From an uncultured bacterium (GTDB lineage: Bacteria > Electryoneota > AABM5-125-24 > Hatepunaeales > Hatepunaeaceae): a stretch of DNA of 64,000 nucleotides. A program made the translations under genes and the position numbers. Positions 52,114 through 61,880 of this stretch are shown here, one piece after another. Within the stretch, counting starts at the first letter, position 1. Every line of letters starts with the position of its first letter. The stretch covers positions 64,783 to 128,782 of the forward strand of contig CAZVKN010000001.1 of assembly GCA_964627035.1 (NCBI GenBank). The letters run 5' to 3'. The notes beneath the pieces were generated by a model. It was given only the letters and a program-made list of their open reading frames with translations. It had not been told where the DNA came from and made no database searches.

Positions 52114-54684
52114 CTATCTGATGTGATGAATTGTGATGTTTCTGATCATTCTACCATTCTTGACGCGAACAAAATAGTCACCTGCAGCCCATTTCGATGC
52201 TGATATCCGGAAAATTCCATTGACGGGATGCTTGCTCAGCACAGTTGATTGCATGTTGCGTCCCAGAATATCATAAACATCAATCTGAATCGGTGTGTCA
52301 TCGCTGTTCAAATAGGTTATGACACAGCTTTCGTTGAAAGGATTCGGCGAGGTTGTAATCGAGAATGACGATTGATCCAGAGCTGCTCCTACAACAGGCA
52401 AACTGACCTCAATTACTGAATAACTGTCCGGGATAAAATCAGTGGAACCGCTAACGAATTGTATTTCGGGATTCAATCTGAAATATCCGCTTGGTGTCGC
52501 TCGGAAAACAGAAACCTGTGGGAAAAAGTCTTCTTTATTCCCCCATAAAGCAATACCACACAGACCGTTAACGAAGACACCGGAACCGATTAAAACTCCC
52601 TCTGAATTGTAACAACCTACCTCATCACCATCCTGAACACTTTTGTCACCTTGAATTAATAGACTCATCGAGTTAGATCCGGACTCAACAACAGGCAGAT
52701 GAACTGGATCGTGTTGCGTAAATACAGGAGTATTGTCAAGCCCCACTCTCTCACGAGGGTAAATTAGCGAGGCAGGCTCGTTTAATTTTATATGGTAGCC
52801 GCGACCCGGTCTCAATTCATCCATATTGCTGAAATTAAAACTGGGCAGGTAGAATCTCCCACGATGATCTTTTGCAATTACAAGCGCATCAATATCCGTC
52901 AACGAGCGACAGGCAGATTCAACAGGTAAAGTAAAGCTCGGTTTGTATGCTGTCAAATTCCAACCTTCCGCGAGTTGGATCGGGTCTCTGTAATTTGAAC
53001 GCTCTCCCTCCAGCACAAGAGCATCATCATCGGTCAAATGAACCTGATAGCCTTCATTAGAGTTCCAAAAAGCCAGATTGTTGAACTCTTCGCCCGGTGC
53101 ATAGAATGATCCGTGCTGATCTTTTACCAACAGCAGATGCTCACGCTCTACAATTGCCTCAAAAACCTCAACAAAATCAAAGTCAACTTCATTAGAAAGA
53201 TTGTGAGAGATGGTCGTCCATCCGCCGCGCATATTTATCTCGATTTCAATCTCAGGCTGGTTAAACGTCTCAAATACGGCAAGACCGTCAGGTATCCCCC
53301 ACCCCATTAAAGTATCCGGTTCCTCCGCATTGTTTGCCGATTCTTTGAGCGCATCCAGCAATGTAACAGGTGAGAGATATGGGTTAGCCTGAATCAGGAG
53401 CGCACATAATCCGGCAATAGCCGGCGTTGAAAACGAAGTCCCCGCACCGGCAGCGTAATCCTGATTGTTTCTCGATGACGCAAACTTAACCGAAACGCCG
53501 TAACTCATTAAATCCGGCTTAATCCTCTCATCCCAAGTTGGACCGTGCGATGAAAATGATGCTCTACTGCTGTCACGATTGGTTGCACCTACTGAAATTA
53601 CATAATCACCGTCTGCAGGTGCACCCATCTTGGTTTCAGGATAGTCACCTCTGCCCGTGTTGCCCATTGCATTGACTATTACAATTCCGACTTCAGAAGC
53701 CCGATCAGCAACCACGGTTGTCACCGCTGTGTTGCCGTCCATATCCTCATATTCATACCAATCCGAATAGGATAGAGATGATGTGACGATGTCCACTCCA
53801 AGTGAATCCATCCATTCAACTGCCGCAACCCAATGATCCTCCTCAACCTCAACTTCGCGCTCAGTGTTTTCAGTCTTAGCCAGTACATAGCTCGCTTCCG
53901 GAGCAATCCCGATTAGCCTTCCTTCTTGATATCCACCAATTATCGACAGGATTTTGGTGCCGTGATTACCATCGCCCATGTCATCCTCATCACCAACTTC
54001 GTCGTCATCATTCACAAAATCCCACGAATCTACAATGTCTATTTCTGCAAAACAGTTGTGATCGAGGTTGTCAAATCCCGCATCGCATACCCCGACCATC
54101 ACTCCTCTTCCGAGATAACCACGATCATGAAGCTCAGGAGCATTAATAAACGCATTCTGTCTCAAGCTTGTACCGTAGTCTAAATCTGGGTCACTCCTTG
54201 GGATATAAGGATCTATCTGATGTTCTTCATGAACTATTATATCCCGATCCTGACGAAGAAATGACCGGACAGGTTCTACTTTTTCTACAAATGCAAATTC
54301 ACTAATAAGGGATACCTCAGTCTCCGATAATTCAAAAGAAACAGCATTCAACCATCGGCTGATATGACGCAGAGGTTTGCCAGATGACTTAGATATTTGA
54401 GTGACATAATCTGGATTAACAGGAAGATCAGATTCGGTGATAGTATTAACCGGAGCAAGCTTCAACCTACGTGAGATGGAACGGCTGGAGAGGATGTTTT
54501 TCGGGTTGTTCAGTGCATCGCTGATAGCAGATGAACTGCGATAACCTTTATCGTGGAAATAGACCCAGTAGGGCTTTGCATCCAGAGTTTCACTTGCCCC
54601 CAATGGTGAGGCGAACCCTAAAAATGCCAATACTGCGAAAACAATTATTCCACACAAAATAATATGTCTGCAATGACTATTCAA
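52114..54684 (-). CDS. Subtilisin-like serine peptidase (S8) with a T9SS C-terminal sorting domain
   Basis: 856 aa; signal peptide; VGVCDAGFD / HGTKILS / GTSFSTPAIAG; C-terminal SPNPFNESCVITY...GDYFVRV sorting domain. Confidence 0.85.
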   Translation of the reverse strand: MNSHCRHIILCGIIVFAVLAFLGFASPLGASETLDAKPYWVYFHDKGYRSSSAISDALNNPKNILSSRSISRRLKLAPVNTITESDLPVNPDYVTQISKSSGKPLRHISRWLNAVSFELSETEVSLISEFAFVEKVEPVRSFLRQDRDIIVHEEHQIDPYIPRSDPDLDYGTSLRQNAFINAPELHDRGYLGRGVMVGVCDAGFDNLDHNCFAEIDIVDSWDFVNDDDEVGDEDDMGDGNHGTKILSIIGGYQEGRLIGIAPEASYVLAKTENTEREVEVEEDHWVAAVEWMDSLGVDIVTSSLSYSDWYEYEDMDGNTAVTTVVADRASEVGIVIVNAMGNTGRGDYPETKMGAPADGDYVISVGATNRDSSRASFSSHGPTWDERIKPDLMSYGVSVKFASSRNNQDYAAGAGTSFSTPAIAGLCALLIQANPYLSPVTLLDALKESANNAEEPDTLMGWGIPDGLAVFETFNQPEIEIEINMRGGWTTISHNLSNEVDFDFVEVFEAIVEREHLLLVKDQHGSFYAPGEEFNNLAFWNSNEGYQVHLTDDDALVLEGERSNYRDPIQLAEGWNLTAYKPSFTLPVESACRSLTDIDALVIAKDHRGRFYLPSFNFSNMDELRPGRGYHIKLNEPASLIYPRERVGLDNTPVFTQHDPVHLPVVESGSNSMSLLIQGDKSVQDGDEVGCYNSEGVLIGSGVFVNGLCGIALWGNKEDFFPQVSVFRATPSGYFRLNPEIQFVSGSTDFIPDSYSVIEVSLPVVGAALDQSSFSITTSPNPFNESCVITYLNSDDTPIQIDVYDILGRNMQSTVLSKHPVNGIFRISASKWAAGDYFVRVKNGRMIRNITIHHIR

Positions 54685-55147
54685 TTACTGTTGGTCTGGG
54701 TAGAATATTCCACCCATATCTCTCTTTTTCAATGAAGAGACGGTAGCTGCCACCGTCAAGATAATAGTTTACAAGCCCTTTGTTCGCCAAAGCTCCTGAA
54801 ATCCTTCGCGAGTCGTCACCATATAGGCAGATCAGATAGATCGGATGATCATTGTTGACGTATTCCACTTCCTGAAATATTGAGCCCAGCGGAATATGTG
54901 TCATTCCGGGAATATCCACGATATGATCCGGATCCTCGGGAGTTGCCTCTATCAGATAGAACAGATTCATTCTGGCACCCCGATTCAAACTGTCAACCAA
55001 AGCCCGGGCAGTAATATAAGAAGAAGCTGCTTTCTTCGGATGCTCGATTTTGTCCGGCAGATCGTACCGGGGTGCGTCCTGTTTACAGCTTAATACTAAA
55101 AACAGGATCAACACGTGCATAAAACTGATCTTGATTATTCGTCTCAT
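54677..55147 (-). CDS. Rhodanese-like domain lipoprotein
   Basis: 156 aa; lipobox (LVLSCKQD); HIPLGS...PIYLICLYGDDSRRISGA...YLDGGSYRLF pattern of rhodanese folds. Confidence 0.5.
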   Translation of the reverse strand: MRRIIKISFMHVLILFLVLSCKQDAPRYDLPDKIEHPKKAASSYITARALVDSLNRGARMNLFYLIEATPEDPDHIVDIPGMTHIPLGSIFQEVEYVNNDHPIYLICLYGDDSRRISGALANKGLVNYYLDGGSYRLFIEKERYGWNILPRPTVIE

Positions 55148-55159
55148 AAAATTAAAGGT

Positions 55160-57088
55160 TTATCCTTCGCTTTGTTTGCGTGTGAATGCGAGCAATCCAC
55201 CTGCCTTCAAGATTGCAGCTTGCCGGTCAGTGAATCTGGCGTCCAATTTATAGCTGCTGTTATCTTTGAGGTTGGTGAGAGTCAACTCTCCGCTCTCCAA
55301 TCCGGCATGAACATCTGAAATTTGGAGATCGTCCCCCTGCTCAATCATGTCATATTCAGCTTCGTTGGAAAAAGTGAGCGGAACGATACCGAAATTGATC
55401 AGGTTTGCAAGATGAATTCGTGCAAAGCTCTTAACAATTACAGCCTTTATTCCCAAATACATGGGAGCAAGAGCTGCATGTTCACGTGATGATCCCTGTC
55501 CGTAGTTGTGACCACCGATGATAAAGCCTCCTCCTGCTTTCAAAGCACGCTCCGGGAAACTTTCGTCAACACGTACAAACACATGCTTTGAAATCTCCGG
55601 AATGTTGGAGCGCAACGGCAAAATCTTTGCACCGGCGGGCAAAATGTGATCGGTTGTAATATCGTCTTCAACCTTCAGTATCACTTCCCCGCTGAATTGT
55701 TCCGGTAGAGCATCCTTTTTCGGAACCGGTTTTATGTTTGGTCCTCGGATGATTTCAACTTCGTTGCCATCTTCCTGAGGCGGGATCAACATTTTATCGT
55801 TAATGACAAAGCTTTCAGGTAATGACACCGGAGAAGCGGAACCGAAAGAGCGTGGATCGGTGACTTCACCTGTTATAGCTGCTACAGCGGCAACTTCCGG
55901 GCTGCACAAATAAGATTTGTCACCGGGAGTTCCGGTACGCCCTGCAAAATTGCGGTTGAAGGTTCTCAATGAAACGGCACCTGTCGGAGGTGCCTGCCCC
56001 ATTCCGATGCACGGACCGCAGGCTGACTCAATTATTCGTGCACCGGCAGCAATAATATCGGTCAAGGCACCGTCACGAGCGATCATCTCAAACACCTGCT
56101 TGGAACCGGGCGTTAGGGTCATACTGACACCGGGGTGAATCTGCTTGCCCTTTAAGATGTCCGCAGTGCGCTTCAAATCTAAGAATGATGAGTTTGTACA
56201 GGAACCGACGCAGACCTGCTGTACTTTCAGACCTTCAGTCTCCTTCACCGGCACAACATTGTCCGGCATTGACGGTTTAGCGATCATCGGTTCAAGTGAC
56301 GAGAGATCGAAATCAATAACTTTCTCATATTCTGCATCATCATCCGCTTTCAACTCACTCCAAGTTTCCTCACGATGTTGAGCTTTGAGGAATTTCAAAG
56401 TCTGCCCATCTGAAGGAAATAGTGAGGTAGTTGCCCCTAACTCTGCTCCCATATTCGTAATAGTTGCCCTTTCCGGCACTGTCAATGTCTCAACACCGGG
56501 ACCGCCATACTCCAGCATCCACCCTACTCCACCTTTAACGCTTAGCTGGCGCAGCAGTTCCAGTATAACATCCTTTGCAGATACCCATGGTGACAGCTTG
56601 CCTGTCAGACTGATCTTCATGACTTTGGGCACTTTCAGAAAATAAGCTCCCCCGCCCATAGCCACGGCAATATCCAATCCACCTGCTCCCATCGCAATAG
56701 CACCCATACCTCCTGCTGTAGGTGTATGACTGTCAGAACCGAGCAGGGTTTTACCGGGTGCAGCGAATCGTTCAAGATGTACCTGATGGCATATCCCGTT
56801 GCCCGGGCGTGAGAACCAGACTCCAAATTTGGCGGCAACACTCTGCAAATATCTGTGGTCATCAGGATTTTCAAAGCTGGTCTGTAGCATGTTGTGGTCA
56901 ATGTAGCTGACCGACAGCTCTGTTTTTACACTATCAACGCCTATCGCTTCAAATTGCAGAAAAGCCATAGTGCCGGTCGCATCCTGAGTTAAAGTCTGAT
57001 CAATACGGATTCCGATCTCGTTTCCCGGAACAACCTCACCCTCCAGAACGTGATCGGTTAGAATTTTCTGAACAATATTTTTCGCCAC
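55160..57088 (-). CDS. Aconitase-family hydratase (fused large/small subunit, about 640 aa)
   Basis: 642 aa; Fe-S cluster cysteines in CVGSCTNSS and ESACGPCIGMGQA contexts; C-terminal swivel domain. Confidence 0.75.
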   Translation of the reverse strand: MAKNIVQKILTDHVLEGEVVPGNEIGIRIDQTLTQDATGTMAFLQFEAIGVDSVKTELSVSYIDHNMLQTSFENPDDHRYLQSVAAKFGVWFSRPGNGICHQVHLERFAAPGKTLLGSDSHTPTAGGMGAIAMGAGGLDIAVAMGGGAYFLKVPKVMKISLTGKLSPWVSAKDVILELLRQLSVKGGVGWMLEYGGPGVETLTVPERATITNMGAELGATTSLFPSDGQTLKFLKAQHREETWSELKADDDAEYEKVIDFDLSSLEPMIAKPSMPDNVVPVKETEGLKVQQVCVGSCTNSSFLDLKRTADILKGKQIHPGVSMTLTPGSKQVFEMIARDGALTDIIAAGARIIESACGPCIGMGQAPPTGAVSLRTFNRNFAGRTGTPGDKSYLCSPEVAAVAAITGEVTDPRSFGSASPVSLPESFVINDKMLIPPQEDGNEVEIIRGPNIKPVPKKDALPEQFSGEVILKVEDDITTDHILPAGAKILPLRSNIPEISKHVFVRVDESFPERALKAGGGFIIGGHNYGQGSSREHAALAPMYLGIKAVIVKSFARIHLANLINFGIVPLTFSNEAEYDMIEQGDDLQISDVHAGLESGELTLTNLKDNSSYKLDARFTDRQAAILKAGGLLAFTRKQSEG

Positions 57089-57145
57089 TTTTTCCTCTTA
57101 ATACCTATCTTGATTTTGAAATATTAGTGTAATGTAAGTCTATTT

Positions 57146-58411
57146 TTAAATTTCGCTGTTGCTCAGGATCACAGAATTCTTCTCAACAACAGTAATTCCG
57201 TTCCGCACCACGAATCCATCGCCGTCATAGTTTTCATCAGATTTCTTCGGTTTGATGACAACACTGTTTCCTATTCGCGCGTTCTTGTCAATTATTGCTC
57301 GCTGAATGTTGCACTTTGTGCCGATGCCGATTGAAGGGATTTTTTTACCTTTCAACTCCGGATAGTACTCTTCACCCTCAAAGTAGTCAGCACCCATCAT
57401 CATGGTTTCATTCAGTTTGCTGCCTGAACCAATAATTGACCGTATGCCGATTATTGAACGGGAGATCTCTGAATTTGTGATCTGACACCCTTCTGTGATG
57501 ATTGACTCATTAATATGAGTCCTATCCAGTGTCGTCCCGGGCAGCGTCCTTGGGCGGGTAAATATCGGCTTCTTCGGATCGTAGAAGGAGAATACTGGAT
57601 TGGGCTTTGTCAACGCAATGTTCGCATTGAAGAAATCGTCAATCTTACCGATGTCCTCCCAATAGCCGTTGAATCTATAAGCAAATGTATTAGCGGATCG
57701 AATTGCATTCGGAACAATATTAAAGCCAAAATCGTTGTGTGGGTTTTCTTCAAGAAGCTTGCGCAGTATCTCCCGTCGGAAGATATAAATACCCATAGAA
57801 GCGAGATAGTGAGGGTCGCTTCCGGCGGTGCCGCCGGTAACTTTATAGTCAGTTACTTGTTTTTCATCATTTGGCTTCTCGATGAAATCTACGATACGGT
57901 CACGCTCGTCCACCTTCATAATGCCAAAACCGCTGATCTGGTCTTCAGTTACAGGCAAAGTTGCAACTGTTACATCAGCTTTGTTTTCCTTGTGAACGTT
58001 CAACATATCACGATAATCCATTCGGTACAGATGATCGCCTGATAATATTAAGTAATCCCTGAAGGAATGCTGCCTAAAGTGAAGCATAGACTTACGAACA
58101 GCGTCTGCAGTACCTTGAAACCATTCGTTGCCGGTTTCCCGACTCTGGGATGCAGGAATCACATCAACAAAGCCGCGCCGAAGTCTGTCAAATGCAAACG
58201 CCTTTCCAACATGCCGATTAAGAGAGACAGACATAAACTGTGTTAACACGAACACACGGTGAATGCCGGAGTTGACACAGTTGGAAAGTGGAATATCAAT
58301 TAGACGGTACTTACCCCCGATAGGCACTGCCGGTTTTGCCCGATATTTGGTGAGCGGATAGAGTCGTGTGCCTTGTCCACCACCCAGAATGATCGTCAAC
58401 ATTTCGCTCAT
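57146..58411 (-). CDS. glgC: Glucose-1-phosphate adenylyltransferase
   Basis: 421 aa; ILGGGQGTRLYPLTKYRAKPAVPIGGKYRLID N-terminal signature; C-terminal LbH domain. Confidence 0.9.
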   Translation of the reverse strand: MSEMLTIILGGGQGTRLYPLTKYRAKPAVPIGGKYRLIDIPLSNCVNSGIHRVFVLTQFMSVSLNRHVGKAFAFDRLRRGFVDVIPASQSRETGNEWFQGTADAVRKSMLHFRQHSFRDYLILSGDHLYRMDYRDMLNVHKENKADVTVATLPVTEDQISGFGIMKVDERDRIVDFIEKPNDEKQVTDYKVTGGTAGSDPHYLASMGIYIFRREILRKLLEENPHNDFGFNIVPNAIRSANTFAYRFNGYWEDIGKIDDFFNANIALTKPNPVFSFYDPKKPIFTRPRTLPGTTLDRTHINESIITEGCQITNSEISRSIIGIRSIIGSGSKLNETMMMGADYFEGEEYYPELKGKKIPSIGIGTKCNIQRAIIDKNARIGNSVVIKPKKSDENYDGDGFVVRNGITVVEKNSVILSNSEI

Positions 58412-58419
58412 TATTGCCT

Positions 58420-59778
58420 CTACTCTTCTGCACTCTTCATTTTTTCTCTCATTTCATTCAGATATTTTTCGGCTGTCGCTTTATCTCGTGCTTCTGAATA
58501 TATCCTGAAGATCGGCTCGGTGTTTGACGGTCGCGCCTGCACCCAGCCGTCACTAAAGCTTACCCGCACTCCGTCAATGCGGGACACCTGATCGTGCGGA
58601 TAGCTGTTAGCAACGGATTCCATAAAATACTTAGGATCACCATCACCAACAGGCTGGGATGATTTTATCATGTGATACGTCGGAAGTTCATCTCTCAACT
58701 GGCTCACACTCTTCTTCATTGTAGCCAACTTATTAAGAATAATTGCCATGCCTATTCCTGCATCGCGGACAGAATGAACAGATGGAAGAATGATACCACC
58801 GTTTCCTTCACCTCCAATTACAGCACCAAGTTCAGTAATACCTGCAGAGACGTTTGCTTCACCTACTTTGGTTCGATGGCACTCAACTCCAAACTCTGCG
58901 GCTACGTCACCAATGATCTGAGAAGTAAGGCTATTCACCACAACCGCTCCCGGCTGATACTCCAACAGCGATTTTACTGCTAAAGCAAGCGTTAGTTCTT
59001 CACCGATAGGCGATCCGGTTTCATCCACAACAGCTAATCTGTCACCGTCGGGATCAACTGCAAATCCAATATCACATCTATTCTCAACAACCAACTTTGA
59101 AAGGTCGCTCAGGTTTTGCGGAAGCGGCTCCGGTACACGCGGGAAAAGACCGTTCATTTGGGTAAAAATTTCAAAGACATCGCAACCGAGAAGCTTTAGC
59201 AGTTCCGGATAAAGGTTGCTTCCGGCACCGTTCACGCAGTCTATCGCAACTTTTAACTGCTTTCTTTTTATCTTTTCAAGCTCCAAAAATCCTATTCCGG
59301 TCACTGCGCGAATATACATCTCATCTGCACCGTCCCAGTCAAACGATACACCCACTTTGTCCCATGATACCGACCGCAAGGGTCCGTGAACTACAATGTG
59401 CTCAAGCTCGACAAAGTCAGCGGCAGTCAGCATTCGCCCGTCATGCCTCACAAATTTCATCGCATTCCACTGCTGCGGGTTATGACTGGCGGTAATGATG
59501 ATACCGCCTGTAGCACCTCTCTGCTTCACTGCCATAGCCCCGACAGGTGTGGGGACAATGCCGACATCATCAATATCACATCCGGCTGACATCAATCCTG
59601 CTTTGATGGCATGATTCAGCATCAACCCTGTCGGTCTCGGATCTCTCGACAGCACAACCTTTTCACCTTTCAGCCAGCTACCAAACCCGCTTGACCAGAT
59701 CATAGCCACTTCAGGGGTCATTCCTTCGCCGACAATACCGCGGATACCGGAAACCCCCGTCATCAATCCTTTGAACAC
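58420..59778 (-). CDS. Phosphoglucomutase/phosphomannomutase family protein
   Basis: 452 aa; active-site loop TASHNP; GIRGIVG N-terminus; adjacent to glgC. Confidence 0.8.
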   Translation of the reverse strand: MFKGLMTGVSGIRGIVGEGMTPEVAMIWSSGFGSWLKGEKVVLSRDPRPTGLMLNHAIKAGLMSAGCDIDDVGIVPTPVGAMAVKQRGATGGIIITASHNPQQWNAMKFVRHDGRMLTAADFVELEHIVVHGPLRSVSWDKVGVSFDWDGADEMYIRAVTGIGFLELEKIKRKQLKVAIDCVNGAGSNLYPELLKLLGCDVFEIFTQMNGLFPRVPEPLPQNLSDLSKLVVENRCDIGFAVDPDGDRLAVVDETGSPIGEELTLALAVKSLLEYQPGAVVVNSLTSQIIGDVAAEFGVECHRTKVGEANVSAGITELGAVIGGEGNGGIILPSVHSVRDAGIGMAIILNKLATMKKSVSQLRDELPTYHMIKSSQPVGDGDPKYFMESVANSYPHDQVSRIDGVRVSFSDGWVQARPSNTEPIFRIYSEARDKATAEKYLNEMREKMKSAEE

Positions 59779-59846
59779 CTACTCCTCCTGATTTTTCTTA
59801 TAGTATAGCAATATAATCATGCACAATAATTATTGCAATAACCACG

Positions 59847-61616
59847 TCAGACGTAAAGTGAGACAAAATTAAAGGTGTTAACGTCAACCAAGCCTCTGTC
59901 AGTCAGCTTTAATTCCGGTATCACAGGAAGAGCGAGGAAGCTAAGTGCCATGAACGGATCATCCAAAACACACCCCAAACGATGAGATGAAGAAATCAAG
60001 CTATTCTCCTGTTTGGACAGTTCAGAGATCGGTCTATCACTCATCAAACCCGCAATCGGAAGCTCCATCTCGGATATTATGGTTTTACCTTCAGACACAA
60101 TTTGCCCGCCGCCTATATCAATCAGCCTGTTAGTGGCTGTACAGATAGATTGATCATCCACTCCGACAGCAATTATGTTGTGTGAGTCATGGGCAACTGT
60201 TGAAGCTAACGCTCCTTTTTTTATCCCGAATCCTTTTACAAAACCGACACTCATACCACCTCTACCGCTGTATCTCTCAATGACGACCAGCTTCAGAATA
60301 TCCCTGTCACTGTCTGATATTACCTGCTCATTGACACATGTTGGATCGAGAATTAAAGCTTTCGTTGTTAATTGGTTCGGCACAATATCAATTACTCTGA
60401 TAGGTTTCTTTCTATCAGGTACAGTTAGTTTATCATTGCTTAGTGAAGGAACTTCGAGCTGTTTACATGGAATGACTGTTTGTGTATTCTCAGTTTCTTC
60501 TATTACCTTGCCGCTCGCAGCAACTAACTCACCGCCTTTCCAAACCCTATTCACTCTGATGTCTTTCAAATCGGCAAACTCCACCAAATCTGCACGCCAA
60601 CCGGGAGCAATACCACCCACTCTTTCCAGCCGATAGGTTTCTGCAGGATTAAGAGTCACCATCTTTATAGCAATAATCGGATCTAAACCCAGATATATAG
60701 CTTTCTTCACAATAGCGTCAATATGTCCTTCTTCAAACAGATCGCCCGGTCTGCGATCATCCGACACAAACATCATCCTTCGCTCAGTCTCAGCGGTGAC
60801 CAGAGGCAGTAGAGCCTCCAGGTTGCGGGCTGTGCTACCTTCACGAACCATAACCCTCATTCCCTTCGACAGTTTTTCGGAGGCTTCTTCGATATTTGTA
60901 CACTCGTGATCGGTTGATGCTCCACCGACCAAGTAGGTAGAAAGCTGCCGTCCTGACAAATATGGTGAATGTCCGTCAATAGGTAACTTGTTGCGTACCA
61001 AAGATAATTTGCTAATTACCTCATCTATTCCATTAACTACACCAGGGAAATTCATCATCTCACCGAGCGCGACAAAACGCTCCTCATCCAACAGGGTTGA
61101 CAGCTTGTTCACATCGAGCACAGTACCAGATGTTTCCATATTAGTCGCCGGAACACACGAAGGAATCGTGTAGTAGATGTCAATGGGCAAGTCACGAGCA
61201 TTCTCAAGCATAAACTTGATTCCTTCCAATCCCAACACATTTGCAATCTCATGAGGGTCAGAAACCACCGAGGTAGTGCCGTGAGGAGCTACAGCTTCTG
61301 CAAATCGAGCCGGAACAAGCTTCGAGCTTTCAATGTGAATGTGCCCGTCAATGAAGCCCGGTGCGAGATACGAACCTTTGAGGTCAATAATCTCTCTCGC
61401 TTCGCAGTGATCAAATCCGACAATAATACCGTTATGTATTGCAACCGGTTTCTCTTCGACTTCACAGTTAAAAACATTGATTATCCTACTGTTAACGATA
61501 AGAATATCTACAGGAATATCCCCGCGTGCAGCAGCGAGAAGAGTTTGTAGGTTCCTTATTCTCTTAGATTTCAAATTCATCTGGCTCGTAGTCACTGTTG
61601 TTAAATGAATAGACAA
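59847..61616 (-). CDS. ade: Adenine deaminase
   Basis: 589 aa; amidohydrolase motifs HIHIESS, DPHEI, REGSTARNL, SHDSHNI, PIAGLMS, LALPVIPELKLT collinear with Ade. Confidence 0.85.
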   Translation of the reverse strand: MSIHLTTVTTSQMNLKSKRIRNLQTLLAAARGDIPVDILIVNSRIINVFNCEVEEKPVAIHNGIIVGFDHCEAREIIDLKGSYLAPGFIDGHIHIESSKLVPARFAEAVAPHGTTSVVSDPHEIANVLGLEGIKFMLENARDLPIDIYYTIPSCVPATNMETSGTVLDVNKLSTLLDEERFVALGEMMNFPGVVNGIDEVISKLSLVRNKLPIDGHSPYLSGRQLSTYLVGGASTDHECTNIEEASEKLSKGMRVMVREGSTARNLEALLPLVTAETERRMMFVSDDRRPGDLFEEGHIDAIVKKAIYLGLDPIIAIKMVTLNPAETYRLERVGGIAPGWRADLVEFADLKDIRVNRVWKGGELVAASGKVIEETENTQTVIPCKQLEVPSLSNDKLTVPDRKKPIRVIDIVPNQLTTKALILDPTCVNEQVISDSDRDILKLVVIERYSGRGGMSVGFVKGFGIKKGALASTVAHDSHNIIAVGVDDQSICTATNRLIDIGGGQIVSEGKTIISEMELPIAGLMSDRPISELSKQENSLISSSHRLGCVLDDPFMALSFLALPVIPELKLTDRGLVDVNTFNFVSLYV

Positions 61617-61666
61617 GGAATGAAATAGGTTTTGGAAAACGCAGGAATAACAGAAGGTCCGAGTTT

Positions 61667-61840
61667 GTAGTCATGGTTGAGTTCTTTGATTTATTCATGA
61701 TTTTACTATATCAACGTCATTCCCGCGCAGGCGGGAATCCAGAGAAGTCAATGGCAGACTGGATTCCGGATCAAGTCCGGAATGACATATAGGGTGGTTA
61801 CCGATTACTTAAAAGAACTCATGGTCGTCTCAACCACTAC
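61667..61840. repeat. REP-like palindromic element E6, interrupted by a MITE-like insertion
   Basis: Left part GTAGTCATGGT(TG) and right part (CA)TGGTCGTCTCAACCACTAC reconstitute GTAGTCATGGTCGTCTCAACCACTAC. This is the family consensus with a compensatory A/T change in the stem. Confidence 0.5.
61678..61821. mobile_element. MITE-like non-autonomous repeat, copy A (144 bp)
   Basis: Perfect 10-bp terminal inverted repeats TGAGTTCTTT / AAAGAACTCA flanked by a direct repeat TGGT (CATGGT). Internal hairpins ATTCCGGA-TCAAG-TCCGGAAT and TTCCCGC-GCAG-GCGGGAA. Homologous to 182..324. Confidence 0.5.
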
Positions 61841-61880
61841 GTAAACAACAGTATAGGAAACAGAATACTCATTCCCCCAA

